This document shows, in pieces, positions 30,647-32,000 of a stretch of 32,000 bases of DNA. Each line of letters opens with the position of its first letter. Within the stretch, counting starts at the first letter, position 1. The notes below the pieces were generated by a model that worked only from the letters and a program-made list of their open reading frames with translations, searched no databases and was not told where the DNA came from. Made by a program: the position numbers and the translations under genes. Source of the DNA: an uncultured Alphaproteobacteria bacterium (lineage in GTDB: Bacteria; Pseudomonadota; Alphaproteobacteria; Rhizobiales; Methyloligellaceae). The stretch is taken from positions 774,065-806,064 of the forward strand of contig CAVULQ010000005.1 in assembly GCA_963742355.1 (NCBI GenBank). The letters run 5' to 3'.

Positions 30647-32000
30647 CTCCCTCGCGTTCCGGCTGTTCGCCTCGGCTGCCGTATGGACGCTGGTCGTCCT
30701 CCCGGTCACCGCCATCCTGCTCGTGTCGCTCTACCGCACCACGGTCGAGCGCAGTTTCGACGCGCGCCTCAACGTCTACATGACGAGCCTCGTCGCCTCG
30801 AGCACGACGGGCGGTGCGCGCCAACCGCAAGAGCCCGCCCCGCTCGGCGAGCCGATCTTCACCATCCCCTTCTCCGGCTGGTACTGGCAGATCAAACCTC
30901 TCGACGGGTCGGACCGTCCTCTCTACGTCTCCGACTCGCTCCTCGACCAGCAGCTTAAGCTGCCGAGCCAGAGCAAAGTCCTCCCCGACAACACCCTCAC
31001 CCGTAGCGCCTATGCGCCTGGTCCTGAAGGTCAGCACTTGCGCGTCCTCGAGCGCGAGATCAGGCCGGCCGGCCCGAACTCCACGCCCTATTCCTATGCG
31101 GTCGCGGGGGACGGCGCGGAGATCGCCCGCGATCTTTCCGAATTCACCCGCCTCCTCATCGCCGCGCTCGCCGTGCTCGGGCTCGGCCTCCTAGTCGCGA
31201 CCTATTTCCAAGTCCGCTTCGGGCTCTCGCCACTCAGCGGCATCCGCAAAAACCTTACCGCGATCAGATCGGGACAGGCCGAGAAGCTCGAGGGCGAGCT
31301 CCCCTACGAAATCAGACCGCTCCAGCAGGAGCTCAACGCGCTGATCCAGTCGAACCGCGAGATCGTCGACAGGGCGCGCACGCATGTCGGCAATCTCGCG
31401 CACGCGCTCAAGACTCCCCTCAGCGTGATCAGGAACGAGGCGCGCACCCAGGAAGGACCGCTCGCCGCGAAGGTGATCGAGCAAGCCGAGGTCATGCGCA
31501 CGCAGATCACGCATCATCTCGACCGCGCTCGCGTCGCGGCTCGCTCGAGCGTGATCGGCGACGTCACTGATGTCGATCAGGTCCTGCAAGGGTTGAAGAG
31601 GGCGCTCGACCGCATCCACGAGGAGCGCGAACTCGATATCGAGGTCGCGGCTACGCCCGGGCTCAAGTTCCAAGGAGAGAAGCAGGATTTCGAGGAGATG
31701 GTCGGCAACTTGCTCGACAATGCCTGCAAATGGGCGAGGTCGCGGGTGAGCGCGAGCGCCACGCGCGAAGACGGGGCGCGCCGCTTCACGGTGACGGTCG
31801 ATGACGACGGTCCCGGCCTGACCGAGGCCCAACGCAAGAAGGCGGTGAAGCGGGGGCAGAGGCTCGATGAGAGCAAGCCGGGCTCGGGCCTTGGCCTCTC
31901 AATCGTCGCCGACCTCGCACATCTATATAAGGGCCGCGTCGAGCTCGAGCCGTCGCCCGAAGGCGGCTTGCGCGCAAGGCTAGAGCTGCCTGCCGCCTGA
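30636..32000 (+). CDS. Sensor histidine kinase (two TM, HAMP, HisKA, HATPase_c)
   Basis: ATG at 30636 overlaps the regulator's 3' end. Motifs are H-box HVGNLAHALKTPLSV, N-box NLLDNACKWA, G1 DDDGPGL and G2 GSGLGLSIV. The stop is at 31998-32000. Confidence 0.9.
   Translation: MRFNSLAFRLFASAAVWTLVVLPVTAILLVSLYRTTVERSFDARLNVYMTSLVASSTTGGARQPQEPAPLGEPIFTIPFSGWYWQIKPLDGSDRPLYVSDSLLDQQLKLPSQSKVLPDNTLTRSAYAPGPEGQHLRVLEREIRPAGPNSTPYSYAVAGDGAEIARDLSEFTRLLIAALAVLGLGLLVATYFQVRFGLSPLSGIRKNLTAIRSGQAEKLEGELPYEIRPLQQELNALIQSNREIVDRARTHVGNLAHALKTPLSVIRNEARTQEGPLAAKVIEQAEVMRTQITHHLDRARVAARSSVIGDVTDVDQVLQGLKRALDRIHEERELDIEVAATPGLKFQGEKQDFEEMVGNLLDNACKWARSRVSASATREDGARRFTVTVDDDGPGLTEAQRKKAVKRGQRLDESKPGSGLGLSIVADLAHLYKGRVELEPSPEGGLRARLELPAA

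Overview
GC-rich alphaproteobacterial (Hyphomicrobiales-like) chromosomal segment, read by eye with no searches run. Layout: (1) 1-5.2 kb holds housekeeping and envelope genes: a PBP1A-type transglycosylase running off the left edge (absent from the ORF track), a lipoprotein, an ICMT-family methyltransferase and a run of small secreted or Cys-containing proteins. (2) 5.3-7.0 kb is a visibly AT-rich islet with one large orphan gene. Its N- and C-termini look like a proteasome-beta/HslV Ntn hydrolase split by large insertions, and a 59-codon ORF overlaps its 3' end. (3) 7.1-26.9 kb is a complete RcGTA-type gene transfer agent / HK97-like head-tail cluster in canonical order: g1-like HTH, TerL, portal, prohead protease, major capsid, connector, head-closure, gp10-like, DUF3168, major tail, g10, g10.1, tape measure, g12, g13, NlpC/P60 g14, giant g15. 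It is stretched to about 20 kb by insertions. These are a diverged duplicate of the protease 3' end flanking a DUF2019-like gene; an AT-rich three-gene toxin-like/XRE-HTH/unknown cassette between protease and capsid; an antisense Cys/His-rich secreted mini-protein between capsid and connector; a TerB-domain gene with its own strong intrinsic terminator before the major tail gene; an antisense Tat-exported cupin between g13 and g14; and two families of intergenic hairpin repeats. The tape-measure gene is split into two overlapping ORFs, and g10.1 appears reachable only by a -1 shift at a C_CCT_TTC heptamer in g10. (4) 27.0-29.5 kb holds a DUF2793 fibre-like gene plus three small genes, two of them membrane proteins. 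(5) 29.6-32.0 kb holds a PepSY protein, an OmpR-type response regulator and a histidine kinase. The best candidates for something undescribed are the proteasome-like orphan at 5.5-6.8 kb and the tripartite cassette at 11.98-13.29 kb inside the GTA head module.
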